From positions 5,315 through 69,314 of the forward strand of contig MESW01000002.1 of NCBI GenBank assembly GCA_001771135.1: 64,000 nt of DNA. Direction: 5' to 3'. Shown one piece after another: positions 29,776 through 38,909 of this stretch. Source of the DNA: a candidate division CPR3 bacterium GWF2_35_18 (GTDB lineage Bacteria; Patescibacteriota; CPR3; GWF2-35-18). Below the pieces are notes generated by a model. That model was not told the origin of the DNA, made no database searches, and saw nothing but the letters and a program-made list of their open reading frames with translations. The first letter of the stretch is position 1. Every line of letters starts with the position of its first letter. Both the position numbers and the translations under genes were made by a program.

Positions 29776-30957
29776 TTATTTTAGTTCTAACTTTCGGAAG
29801 AGATTTTTATATTTAGAAATAAAAAACTTTACCTTATCAAGGGGAATTGCCGGTACATAATGATTATTAATTCCGGTCATATCAGTTGCCATGCATAAAG
29901 CATTCAAAATAGCTTCTTCAGTGGAATCGACAACAGCCTCATAAAGAGGATCAAGTCGTGGATCGTCTAAAGACTGAAAGGTGTTGACCATATTCCGGCT
30001 ACGGCGAGATAATTTATTAGCATTGGAAAACGCAATAATAATTTCTCCGGATCCATTTGCCGCGTATGATCCTACTCTTCCAATTCCTAAAGCAGAGCGT
30101 GTTGCCAGTTTTGAAAGTTGTCCCGGAGTTAAGGGAGCATCAGTTGAGACTACGGAGATAATACTTCCATACAATTCTTGACGTTTTTCAAGAGATTGGT
30201 ATCTTTTTTCTAAAAGTTCTCCTATGGGAATTCCTCCAAAACGAAGATCTCGAATATTTCCAAAATTACTCATCACAAGAACTCCGATTGTGTATCCACC
30301 CATTTTTTGGGGGAGTTTTCGTGAAGAAGTTCCAATTCCACCGGCAAAATCACAGGTAATCATTCCAGTCCCACCACCGACGCAGCCTTCTTCGACTATT
30401 CCACTAGATGCTTTTTCAAGTGCTTCGTAAACATGTTGACTTTTAACGTGACGGCCAGAGATATCATTCAGCCAAGAATCATCACATTCTCCAACTAAAG
30501 GAATAATAACTTCATCTTCGATTCCGATTCGGGGATATTTTCGGACGTAAGACTTGACCATAGCTTCAGAACATGTTCCGACTGAAAAAGTATTTGTGAG
30601 AAGAATTGGAGTTTCAATCGTACCCCATTCCATGACTTGAGTGAGTCCCGAGAATTCTCCAGCTCCATTTAAAATAAATCCACCTCCAAAAATTTGGTTT
30701 TGGTATACATCATCTTTAGAGGGAATAATTGCCGTTACTCCAGTACGTACTGGTCCCATTCCTGGTTTAAGTTCTCCAGATCCTTGAATTAAAGTTACAT
30801 GTCCCACTTTTACGCCTCTAACATCTGTAATCGCATTCAAATCACCAGTACGAAACCTTCCTATTGAAAGGCCAATATCTCGGACACGCATTCTTTTGGT
30901 AGGTTGTTTGGGTTTAAAAAATTCCATAGATATAGATTTAGAAACTACATTTACCAT
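29776..30957 (-). CDS. dmpA: S58/P1 family peptidase (DmpA, D-/beta-aminopeptidase)
   Basis: NAITDV.GVKVGH.T, ECDDSWLND, GGGTGM, GGIGTSSR and G|SII autocleavage site. Confidence 0.92.
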   Translation of the reverse strand: MVNVVSKSISMEFFKPKQPTKRMRVRDIGLSIGRFRTGDLNAITDVRGVKVGHVTLIQGSGELKPGMGPVRTGVTAIIPSKDDVYQNQIFGGGFILNGAGEFSGLTQVMEWGTIETPILLTNTFSVGTCSEAMVKSYVRKYPRIGIEDEVIIPLVGECDDSWLNDISGRHVKSQHVYEALEKASSGIVEEGCVGGGTGMITCDFAGGIGTSSRKLPQKMGGYTIGVLVMSNFGNIRDLRFGGIPIGELLEKRYQSLEKRQELYGSIISVVSTDAPLTPGQLSKLATRSALGIGRVGSYAANGSGEIIIAFSNANKLSRRSRNMVNTFQSLDDPRLDPLYEAVVDSTEEAILNALCMATDMTGINNHYVPAIPLDKVKFFISKYKNLFRKLELK

Positions 30958-31003
30958 ATTTTATCATATTTTCAGAAAAACCCCTGTTTATTATGGTAAA
31001 AAC

Positions 31004-31987
31004 CTATATTCCATATCTTTTTTGCGCACTTTCTAGGATTTTCTGAATAACATCTTTAACACTCAGGCCATAAGAAGATGCAGAGATATAAATGGAAGCT
31101 CCTTCCTGAAGACAGGGGAGAGCGTTAATCTCAATGAAATAAAGCTTTCCGTCTTTTGAAAGTCGATAATCAATTCGTCCAATATCCTTGACATTCAATA
31201 TCTCGTAAGTTTTTAATGATGTTTTTTGAATTTCTTTGATAATTTCTGGAGAAAGATCTTCGGCAATATTTACTATTACCTGAGAAGAGAGGTATTGTTT
31301 GAGCTTAAAATCGTATATTTTGTAATTACCTTGTTCGTGTTGTTCAAAGGTATATAGACAAGCTGGTAAGACTCCATGTGTTTCTGGAAATGCAGCTTGT
31401 AAGTAAGGAACAGTTAAATCAACCCCATCAACGAATTCTTCAATGATTATCCCTTCTGGAAACTGTTGGAGAAATTTTTCAAGATGGTCTTTCATCTCTG
31501 TAAGATTTTCATGAATATTTTTCAGAGATATTCCACGAGAGCTCCCTTCAAAATTCGGTTTAATAATGACGGGAAATCTTAGAGGAAATTTCTCAATGTC
31601 CTTCATTTTTTGGACAAAGATCCAGTTTGGAGTTCGAATGCCATTTTTGTGAAGCATCAATTTGGTGACACTTTTATCTAGAGTGACCGTACAGGTGTAC
31701 GCATCTGATCCGGCAAAAGGAATTTCTAAATTATCAAATAATGCGGGACAGAAAGCTTCTCGGAATCTTCCATTTTGCCCTTCCGCGGTATTGAAAATAA
31801 TATCTGGAGAAAATTCTTTTAAATCTCGAATAATCTCTGTAACGTCTTTTTTAACGTCAATCAATTTGACCGTATGACCAAGACCTTGAAGCTCTTTATT
31901 AACTAATTCTATAGTTTCCGGAGTATCAAATTCGGCTTCTTCCGGAATATCATTTTTTTGAATATTATAAGTAAAAGCGACTTTCAT
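31004..31987 (-). CDS. D-Ala-D-Ala ligase-like ATP-grasp enzyme
   Basis: AEFDTPET, FNTAEG...FREA..P, IKPNFEGSSRGI, GRIDYR and FIEINALP. Confidence 0.85.
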   Translation of the reverse strand: MKVAFTYNIQKNDIPEEAEFDTPETIELVNKELQGLGHTVKLIDVKKDVTEIIRDLKEFSPDIIFNTAEGQNGRFREAFCPALFDNLEIPFAGSDAYTCTVTLDKSVTKLMLHKNGIRTPNWIFVQKMKDIEKFPLRFPVIIKPNFEGSSRGISLKNIHENLTEMKDHLEKFLQQFPEGIIIEEFVDGVDLTVPYLQAAFPETHGVLPACLYTFEQHEQGNYKIYDFKLKQYLSSQVIVNIAEDLSPEIIKEIQKTSLKTYEILNVKDIGRIDYRLSKDGKLYFIEINALPCLQEGASIYISASSYGLSVKDVIQKILESAQKRYGI

Positions 31988-32285
31988 TTTAGCTCCTAAA
32001 TAATTTAAATATTCCCATATTTTTGGGTTTTAAAATTAAATATTTTATTTTCATTAAAGGGAGAGAGAGAATATAATCATCGCCACAAGACGATGGAGGC
32101 TTGTCTTCATTATTTTCCATGTATGTGGTATTTAGTTTGACTTTTAAACCAAATACCCCTTTGTCTGTTTATCAAAAAATGATAAAAATAATATCCCAAA
32201 TTATGCCTTTTTTTATAAAAATGTCAATAGAGTTTTCATTATGATAAAATGAAATTCTAAATAAAATATCAAAGAGAATAATTTT

Positions 32286-33506
32286 ATGTTCAAAAAGAAA
32301 CTTTCAATCTCAGAGAGGGGAGAAAAAGCTCCCGCCTCTCCGATTCGCAAACTGGTTCCTTTCTCTGATCAGGCAAAACAAAAAGGAATTAAAGTTTATC
32401 ATCTTAATATTGGTCAACCTGATTTTCATATCCCTCCAGAGATTCAAAAAGAATTATTAGGTCAAAGTGCTAACCTAAAAATTCTTTCGTATGCACATTC
32501 TCAAGGAGAAAAGACGTTAATTGAAGCTTTTGTAAAATATTATGCCGATTGTGAGATAGATATTAAAAGTGAAGATGTTCTCATTGCTTCTGGAGGAAGT
32601 GAAGCAATTATTTTGGCGATGGCGGTAGTTTTAGATCCAAAAGATAATATGATTGTTTTTGAACCTTTTTATGCCAACTATTTGGGTTTCGGATCAATGT
32701 TGGAAACCGAGATTATTCCAGTGAAGTTAGATCCAAATAAAGGTTATCATCTACCTTCAGAATCAGAGATTGCGGCGAAGATAAATAAGAGAACCAAAGC
32801 GATCTTTTTTACAAATCCCAATAATCCTACTGGAACTGTTTTTACGAAAAAAGAGATGGAGATTATTTTGAAGATTGCCCGTGAACATAATCTGTTTATT
32901 ATTTCTGACGAAACATATCGTGGTATCTGTTTTGATGGAGTAAAAAGCTATAGTATGTTAGAGATAGCACAAGAGATAGACAGAGAAAGAATTATTGTTG
33001 TGGACAGCCTTTCTAAAAGAATGAATATTACCGGAGCTAGAATTGGAGTCGTTATTTCAAAAAACAAAGAAGTTATGAGTGGGGTTTTGAAGTACGCACA
33101 GGCGAGGCTTTCTGTTGCCACTCTAGAACAACTGATGGTCGTTCCGATGTTAAAAAATTGTATACCGTATGTTGAAGATTTAGCTAAACATTACAAAAAT
33201 AGAAGAGATGTGTTTTTAAAGGAATTGGAAAAGGGTTTGGAAATAAAAATCCATTATCCGGAAGGAGCTTTTTATACGATGTTAAAGCTTCCGGTTAAAA
33301 GTTCTGAAGACTTTTGTAAATGGTTACTGACCGATTTTTCTTATAAAAATTCTACGGTAATGCTTGCTCCCGGTTCGGGGTTTTATGCTACTAAAGGAGA
33401 AGGTAGTAATGAGGCTCGAGTAGCTTTTGTTTTGAATGAAGAGGAGCTTAAGAAAGCTGCAGAGGTTTTGATTCACGGAATAAAAGAGTATCAAAAATTG
33501 GGTTAG
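32286..33506 (+). CDS. PLP-dependent class I/II aminotransferase
   Basis: LNIGQPD, NPNNPTG, SDETY and DSLSKR...GARIG. Confidence 0.93.
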   Translation: MFKKKLSISERGEKAPASPIRKLVPFSDQAKQKGIKVYHLNIGQPDFHIPPEIQKELLGQSANLKILSYAHSQGEKTLIEAFVKYYADCEIDIKSEDVLIASGGSEAIILAMAVVLDPKDNMIVFEPFYANYLGFGSMLETEIIPVKLDPNKGYHLPSESEIAAKINKRTKAIFFTNPNNPTGTVFTKKEMEIILKIAREHNLFIISDETYRGICFDGVKSYSMLEIAQEIDRERIIVVDSLSKRMNITGARIGVVISKNKEVMSGVLKYAQARLSVATLEQLMVVPMLKNCIPYVEDLAKHYKNRRDVFLKELEKGLEIKIHYPEGAFYTMLKLPVKSSEDFCKWLLTDFSYKNSTVMLAPGSGFYATKGEGSNEARVAFVLNEEELKKAAEVLIHGIKEYQKLG

Positions 33507-33509
33507 CAA

Positions 33510-34034
33510 TTATTCCCAGGTCAAGTGAAAGATTCTTTTAACCCCGATCTGTTCGATTTTAATTTGAGGTATTTTTTGAAAAGAGCGGACGCCTTCTTCT
33601 ATTAGTCCTTGAAAATAAGTTTCCGGATAAGGATCATTTCCAAAAACAAAATCAGCTTTATTTCCCTGCATATTTTCAATATCACAATTTAGTCCGGTGT
33701 AAAAAGTTTCCATGAGTTTCTTAAAGTTTTCAATAGTTTTTTCTAGGGTGGATGAAAAAAGTTTAAAGATTACTTTTCCAATTTGGGTGTCCTGCATCAG
33801 TTTATAGTCCCAGATTCCTAATTTTCTGTACGCTTCGGCGTCAGTTTTGCCATAAATAATTTCGGCTGCAGTTTTTTGGCGGATTAAAGATTCTTCTATC
33901 GGATATAGTTTTGTGGGGAAGTAATGTTTTTTCTCAATTCTTTTATCAAACTCAGCAAGTCCGACTTTTCCTTTAACCTTAGCAACTTTTTCACGGTCAT
34001 TATCAATCATGAAACCTCGTAGAAATACGGACAT
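33510..34034 (-). CDS. DUF2378/TIGR02265-like protein
   Basis: YP.........AA..IY.....EAYRKLG.......T.IGK.I...Y..G.IE...W pattern; AAAGGAG RBS before MSVF. Confidence 0.6.
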   Translation of the reverse strand: MSVFLRGFMIDNDREKVAKVKGKVGLAEFDKRIEKKHYFPTKLYPIEESLIRQKTAAEIIYGKTDAEAYRKLGIWDYKLMQDTQIGKVIFKLFSSTLEKTIENFKKLMETFYTGLNCDIENMQGNKADFVFGNDPYPETYFQGLIEEGVRSFQKIPQIKIEQIGVKRIFHLTWE

Positions 34035-34323
34035 GAAATCTCCTTTGGTAAAAAGTCTTAGACAAGACAAATTAATTTTCGCATGAAAAATATAAAATTA
34101 CAATTTTCTATAAAAAGTTTAATTATTTGTATTTAAGATAAAACAATGTTAAAATCACTGTGTTCTCAAGTATTGCGCATGTAAGAGTGAAAGGCTTTAC
34201 TTGGGAGATAACAATTTACGGAAGCTTTTTGAATGATTCCTACTCTTTTGGCGCATCTTTTTTGCTCCCCAAACGGTTTCTTCACAAAGAAGCTCCTTTC
34301 CCTTTAAGGAGGTGAAATAAATA

Positions 34324-34599
34324 GTGAGTACTAAACTTTATGTCGGTAATCTCGATTACGGGATGAATGACGAAGCTTTAAATACGCTTTTCGCACAAGC
34401 AGGAACCGTTACAAGTGCTATGGTTATCATGGATCGATATTCTGGTCGTTCCAAGGGTTTTGGATTTGTAGAAATGGGAACTGAAGATGAAGCGCAAAAA
34501 GCCATTGAAATGTTCAATGGTAAGGAACAAAATGGACGAGCTTTAGTTGTTAACGAAGCGAGACCAAAAAAACCACGTACCAATGATTTCCAACGCTAA
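34324..34599 (+). CDS. RRM (RNP-1) RNA-binding protein
   Basis: KLYVGNL (RNP2), SKGFGFVEM (RNP1), LVVNEARP; AAGGAGGT RBS. Confidence 0.95.
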   Translation: MSTKLYVGNLDYGMNDEALNTLFAQAGTVTSAMVIMDRYSGRSKGFGFVEMGTEDEAQKAIEMFNGKEQNGRALVVNEARPKKPRTNDFQR

Positions 34600-34619
34600 A
34601 TAAAATAGCTTTGGATAAC

Positions 34620-34661
34620 AAGAAGCCGCCCTCTCAATTTATTGAGCGGGCGGCTTTCTTT
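34620..34661 (+). terminator. Intrinsic terminator
   Basis: AGCCGCCC-TCTCAAT...ATTGAG-CGGGCGGCT followed by TTCTTT. Confidence 0.75.
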
Positions 34662-34696
34662 GTGATATCTAGCAAAATTTTCTTTTTAGATTTATT

Positions 34697-35167
34697 ATGA
34701 TAATAATAGTTTTAGATTTAAAAAGGATTTCTATGAAAACAAAAATAGGTAGATACTTAATTGCTGGGATATGGTTATTAGTTGGTTTCGGGAAATTTTT
34801 TATCGTGATTGCAGAGGTAATCTCTCAAAAAGCTTTGATTAGTCCAGTGATGGGAAAATTAGCCGAAGAAACAAACTTGTCTTTTTATCGTCAAATCTGT
34901 AATAACTATTATATTCCATATGCCTTATTTTTTATTTTTATGGCAACAACAATCGAAATTATCTCCGGTTTTCTGATTCTTAAAGGAAAAGTTTTTGCGA
35001 GATTTGGGTTTCTTGGTGTTTCCTTTATATTATTAACCTATTTGCCTTTCCATCATGGGGGAGCCTTAATTGGAAATTCAATTTTGCTTCTATTGCAAAT
35101 AACTCTTGCTTTCCAAAAAAGTGAAGAAGATCTCTTGCAGGGGATTATCAAGAAATTCAAAAAATAA
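34697..35167 (+). CDS. DoxX-like membrane protein
   Basis: G.W...G..K and EI..G..IL.G patterns; 4 TM. Confidence 0.55.
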   Translation: MIIIVLDLKRISMKTKIGRYLIAGIWLLVGFGKFFIVIAEVISQKALISPVMGKLAEETNLSFYRQICNNYYIPYALFFIFMATTIEIISGFLILKGKVFARFGFLGVSFILLTYLPFHHGGALIGNSILLLLQITLAFQKSEEDLLQGIIKKFKK

Positions 35168-35169
35168 TC

Positions 35170-36099
35170 CTAATGAGTGCTGTGTTTTCGTTTATTTATC
35201 ATTGCATTCATGGCTTCCATACGTTCTGATTCTGTTAGTTGCCTGTAGGCTTCTTCAATTATGGTTTTAATACTTTCATTAACGTTTCCAGTTATTATAA
35301 ACTTTTCGGCATCGATATTTCCGTTGGATAGAACATAACATGCGGCCATATTGTCTCGAGTGATATTGATGAGAACCTGTTGTTGTTCGTCTTCACTCAA
35401 ATTTAATTCTGCGGCCATTTCTTTGATTTTCAGATTAAGTAACCCCAAATCCAAAGAGAAGAAAGAATTTTGTGCATTTCCTTCAGGATTTAAAACGCTG
35501 TTAGAATTGACATTAATTAATAATCCACCGTTTTGAGCTACATGTTCACCGTTAAGAGTAATAACTCTAACTCCCAAATCTTGTTCCATTTTTTGGATGT
35601 AACCAGAAACTTTGTTGTCAGAGGATTTTAAGGAAAATCCAAAGACATCTTCCGCTTCATCCATAGCAAGTAGACCTAAATATCCGCAGCCTACTGGGTT
35701 TTCAGTGCTACCATGAACATTATCACGATGGTTAAGAAGATGTAAATTATATTGTTCCGCTGTGTTTAAAATTTTCTGTCGATAGGCAAGATTGATTTCG
35801 CCTTTCACAGCTTCTATAGCATGGATAAGTCCTGCCGCTCCGCCAGGCAAGCGGAAATATTTATCATTTTCAGTTCTTTCAACAATATCTCTTTCGTCAG
35901 TGCAGGTTCCTTTAAGTTGATCAGCAAAATTAATTTCAATAAAAAGTTCTTGATAATTCGATACCGGATCTTCAGTTCCGCGGACTTGATGTTTCCATTT
36001 ATTAACTGTTTTTAAAGTTTGTTCGGGGGTTTGATAGTTTTCCTTTGGAAAAATTACCGGAAATTTTGCTTGTTGTTCGTCGTGTATAGTTTCAGTCAT
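35170..36099 (-). CDS. Zeta-class (CDCA1-like) carbonic anhydrase homolog
   Basis: CTDER, PGG, H...GCGY, GEH and LIN in the order of the CDCA repeat (CxDxR...PGG...H...GCG...GxH). Confidence 0.65.
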   Translation of the reverse strand: MTETIHDEQQAKFPVIFPKENYQTPEQTLKTVNKWKHQVRGTEDPVSNYQELFIEINFADQLKGTCTDERDIVERTENDKYFRLPGGAAGLIHAIEAVKGEINLAYRQKILNTAEQYNLHLLNHRDNVHGSTENPVGCGYLGLLAMDEAEDVFGFSLKSSDNKVSGYIQKMEQDLGVRVITLNGEHVAQNGGLLINVNSNSVLNPEGNAQNSFFSLDLGLLNLKIKEMAAELNLSEDEQQQVLINITRDNMAACYVLSNGNIDAEKFIITGNVNESIKTIIEEAYRQLTESERMEAMNAMINKRKHSTH

Positions 36100-36172
36100 T
36101 TTTTATCCTTTCATTTAATTGAAACCAAAATATATCATAAAACAGGGGAAACAGTAAACTGTTCCTGACTGC

Positions 36173-36258
36173 TTGCCTTTTGGGTCGATTTTTAGTACAA
36201 TCGCGTGGTAATAGCCCCCCTTTTGAGGGGTCTTTTTGTATAGATCGCACTTTTAAAT
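36173..36258 (+). promoter_or_regulatory. Promoter, promoter-proximal terminator-like hairpin and boxA-like site
   Basis: TTGCCT(36173)-17-TACAAT(36196); CCCC/GGGG hairpin followed by a T-run; GCACTTTTAAAT at 36247. Confidence 0.5.
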
Positions 36259-36322
36259 CATGAAATTATAATTTCTTCCAAAAAAGTGAATGATTGATTA
36301 GAAAAAACGGAGAAGCTCTTGC

Positions 36323-36366
36323 GGGAGCAAGATGAAAACAATTTTTATTGTTTTCATCTTGCTCCC
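36323..36366. repeat. Perfect 20-bp inverted repeat in the 5' leader
   Basis: GGGAGCAAGATGAAAACAAT-tttt-ATTGTTTTCATCTTGCTCCC. Confidence 0.9.
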
Positions 36367-36522
36367 CCTCAGAGCAGCGCAAAAGCGCATTTTACCCATC
36401 CGTTTTAGTTCCGTTTTGCTAAAGCAAATTCGGAGAAGGAGTTGATCTATCAGAAAATTGAATAAACTGTTTTCAACCATCAATCAATTTAACCAATCCA
36501 ACCAATTTTATGGGAGAAAATT

Positions 36523-37086
36523 ATGAAACCTCAATCGTATCGATTTACTCAACCACGTCAAACCGTGGGTTATGCCGCATGTCAGGACGACCGCGTGCAG
36601 GCCGATGTTCAAGTGATTTTAGCTGAAATGGGCTTAGCCCTTGGACATTACTGTGCGATTAACCTGGCTGGTGGCGCTGGTGTTCCGGATCTTATTGATC
36701 GTTTGCTTCCCGAACTGGAAGTTGATCACGAGCACCACAATCCCCAGGGTTGGTTACTGATCGGCCACGAGGAATGCGCCGCCGGTGCCAATCTAGATAC
36801 TCTGTTTACCAATCTGGGACAGATTAAGCAACTCTTTCCGGATATGGTGGGTAAGCTTGTGATTGTTTGGCAGTTCAAGGTCGTTGGTTACCAGGAGAAG
36901 GAGTTTTGGGGTCATGTGTACCTCAATGTAGACGCCGAAACCTCGGTCACCTGGTACATTGTAGTTGGCGATGCGAAGGAGAGCGCGAAAGCGTTCGTAC
37001 TTACAATGACTGGAAAAGATCTTCCCGGTCCTCATATTCTCTCCCGTGACTATACTGATCATGATGTGACGGTGATCGTCGCCTAA
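36523..37086 (+). CDS. Beta-carbonic-anhydrase-like protein (GC-rich cassette gene)
   Basis: ACQDDR (CxDxR), NLAGG and GHEECAA (HxxC). Confidence 0.65.
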   Translation: MKPQSYRFTQPRQTVGYAACQDDRVQADVQVILAEMGLALGHYCAINLAGGAGVPDLIDRLLPELEVDHEHHNPQGWLLIGHEECAAGANLDTLFTNLGQIKQLFPDMVGKLVIVWQFKVVGYQEKEFWGHVYLNVDAETSVTWYIVVGDAKESAKAFVLTMTGKDLPGPHILSRDYTDHDVTVIVA

Positions 37087-37174
37087 AACAATTTCTCAAT
37101 CATGTGGCGACCGTCTGTCGCAAGACCTGTCCTTCTGGACGGTCGCCACATCAATTTGTATTTTGGAGGAACCT

Positions 37175-37417
37175 ATGGAAACTGAAGTTGTTACCCTTGC
37201 CGGGTATCGGATAACCGTTACGGACAATGGTGAGAAAACCAATCGACTAACCCGCTATACTTGGAAAGTTTACGATCCAAGTGGTGAACCTATTGGTAGA
37301 TTCACTGCAAACTTACAGAGCAATAAATTGCATGAGTTCAAAGAAGTACTTTCTACACGTTTTGAAGATCAACCATCTTTGTTACAGCAGTACGTTTCAC
37401 TGGCGGCCGCTCTGTAA
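37175..37417 (+). CDS. Small hypothetical protein
   Basis: GGAGGA RBS before METEV (track start 37163). Confidence 0.55.
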   Translation: METEVVTLAGYRITVTDNGEKTNRLTRYTWKVYDPSGEPIGRFTANLQSNKLHEFKEVLSTRFEDQPSLLQQYVSLAAAL

Positions 37418-37432
37418 ACAGGAAGGAGGATT

Positions 37433-37549
37433 ATGAACGTCGGTTGGGCAATTGGTGTCGGAGCACTAATTTGGGCTATTGCTAGTCAGATGACACAGGT
37501 TTGTTGGGCAATTGCTCAAATTCAAAAGAACAAGAACAATCGTTCGTAA
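37433..37549 (+). CDS. 38-aa peptide with three WAI repeats
   Basis: GGAAGGAGG RBS; MNVGWAIGVGALIWAIASQMTQVCWAIAQIQKNKNNRS. Confidence 0.55.
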   Translation: MNVGWAIGVGALIWAIASQMTQVCWAIAQIQKNKNNRS

Positions 37550-37711
37550 GACAACAGAAGAAAGGGAGAGAGATTCCAAGGAAGTGAAACATTGATCGTG
37601 CGCCTCTGGTGCATAACATCGCTGCTTCCCTTCCTTTCTTCTTCCTCGGAATAAAATAATTTTTTCCCGAGAAAGAAGAATTTTTTGCAGCGTTTTATAT
37701 AAGCAAGATAT

Positions 37712-38506
37712 TTGAGCTTTGAGTTTTTTTATCATATACTAATCTATATGTTTAAAAACAAAAAAGCCTTAATCCTTTCTGTATATTTTATCGGTGTTGT
37801 TATCTTCTGGCTTTATGTTTATTTCCTCGACCGTAAAAATCTCAATTTAAATAAGATTTTTTATTTTCTAATGGAGCTGCTTTCTTTTTTTGGTGTTTTT
37901 TACGCCGGGTTAATTGTAAAAAAATGGGGTGGCCTAAACTCTCGTTTAGGAAAAGCGCTATTTTTATTAGCAATAAGTTTTGTCCTAAATTTTATAAGCT
38001 CCATGGTTCTTTTTGTTTTTCCTGAATTTTATAACTCTTATCCGATTGCCACAATCATACTTTTCTTTTTTATGTATATATCCTGGACGTTTTCTGGTTT
38101 AGAATTGCTCTATTTTAGTGGGGTGAAACCAACTTCTTTAAAAAGGTGGAGATATCTGATTATCTCTTTTACCGTTGTGGGAATTATCGCCACTTTTATC
38201 TCCTTTTTTCAGGATGCTGAGATGAGTATGATAATTCTACAATTCGTAACAATTCTTTCGGATGTGATTTTACTAGCTGAATTTTTGACTTTGATGGTTA
38301 ACTTTAGCCGAATTAAACAGGGAACATTATTTAAAGCGATTTTATTATTTTGCTTAGGGATATTAGTACAGCTTATTGGAGATTTGGTTTTTGCTATCCG
38401 CGGTTCATTTAACTTACTCTATTTTGGTGACATTTCATATCTTGTTTACGGTTTATCTTGGTTTATTTTAGGTTTGTGTCCGGCTTTTTTCCCTCACGAG
38501 AAATAG
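37712..38506 (+). CDS. 7-8 TM membrane protein, paralog of 2171..2929
   Basis: KKWGGLNSRLGKA; CLGILVQLIGDL; SWFILGLCP; start probably MFKNKK. Confidence 0.85.
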   Translation: MSFEFFYHILIYMFKNKKALILSVYFIGVVIFWLYVYFLDRKNLNLNKIFYFLMELLSFFGVFYAGLIVKKWGGLNSRLGKALFLLAISFVLNFISSMVLFVFPEFYNSYPIATIILFFFMYISWTFSGLELLYFSGVKPTSLKRWRYLIISFTVVGIIATFISFFQDAEMSMIILQFVTILSDVILLAEFLTLMVNFSRIKQGTLFKAILLFCLGILVQLIGDLVFAIRGSFNLLYFGDISYLVYGLSWFILGLCPAFFPHEK

Positions 38507-38525
38507 AAATAAACTATAAAAAATT

Positions 38526-38819
38526 ATGTCGAATCAAAAGGAAATATACAATAAAATTGCGACCGCGATCATTCAAAAACAAGCCGAAATTATCGGGAGT
38601 AAAATTGCGATCAAAAAAGCCGAAAAAGTTCCGCAACTTGTTCTGGATGATCAAGGTGAGGTTTTTAATTTGGGTCTAGATCCTATTGTTACATTGGGGA
38701 ATTTAGTTAAGGAGTATATGCAGTTATCAGGAAGTGTGGCGATAAATTTTTCCAAAGAGGCGATTTCGAATATATTGCTTAACAATCCGGGAATTGAATT
38801 ACCCACGGAATTACAGTAG
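38526..38819 (+). CDS. Small soluble hypothetical protein, paralog of 1887..2174
   Basis: AIIQKQ..IIG..IAIKKA.KV...KEY..LSG...FSKEAI...LPTEL. Confidence 0.85.
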   Translation: MSNQKEIYNKIATAIIQKQAEIIGSKIAIKKAEKVPQLVLDDQGEVFNLGLDPIVTLGNLVKEYMQLSGSVAINFSKEAISNILLNNPGIELPTELQ

Positions 38820-38847
38820 TGGAGTTTCATAACAAGGTAATAAATGA

Positions 38848-38882
38848 AGAGAGCTCCGACAAAAGTCGGAGCTCTCTTTTTT
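38848..38882. terminator. Intrinsic terminator between convergent genes
   Basis: AAGAGAGCTCCGAC-aaaa-GTCGGAGCTCTCTT followed by T-run. Confidence 0.85.
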
Positions 38883-38909
38883 AAGATCCTAATAGCTTTT
38901 ATTTTTAAT

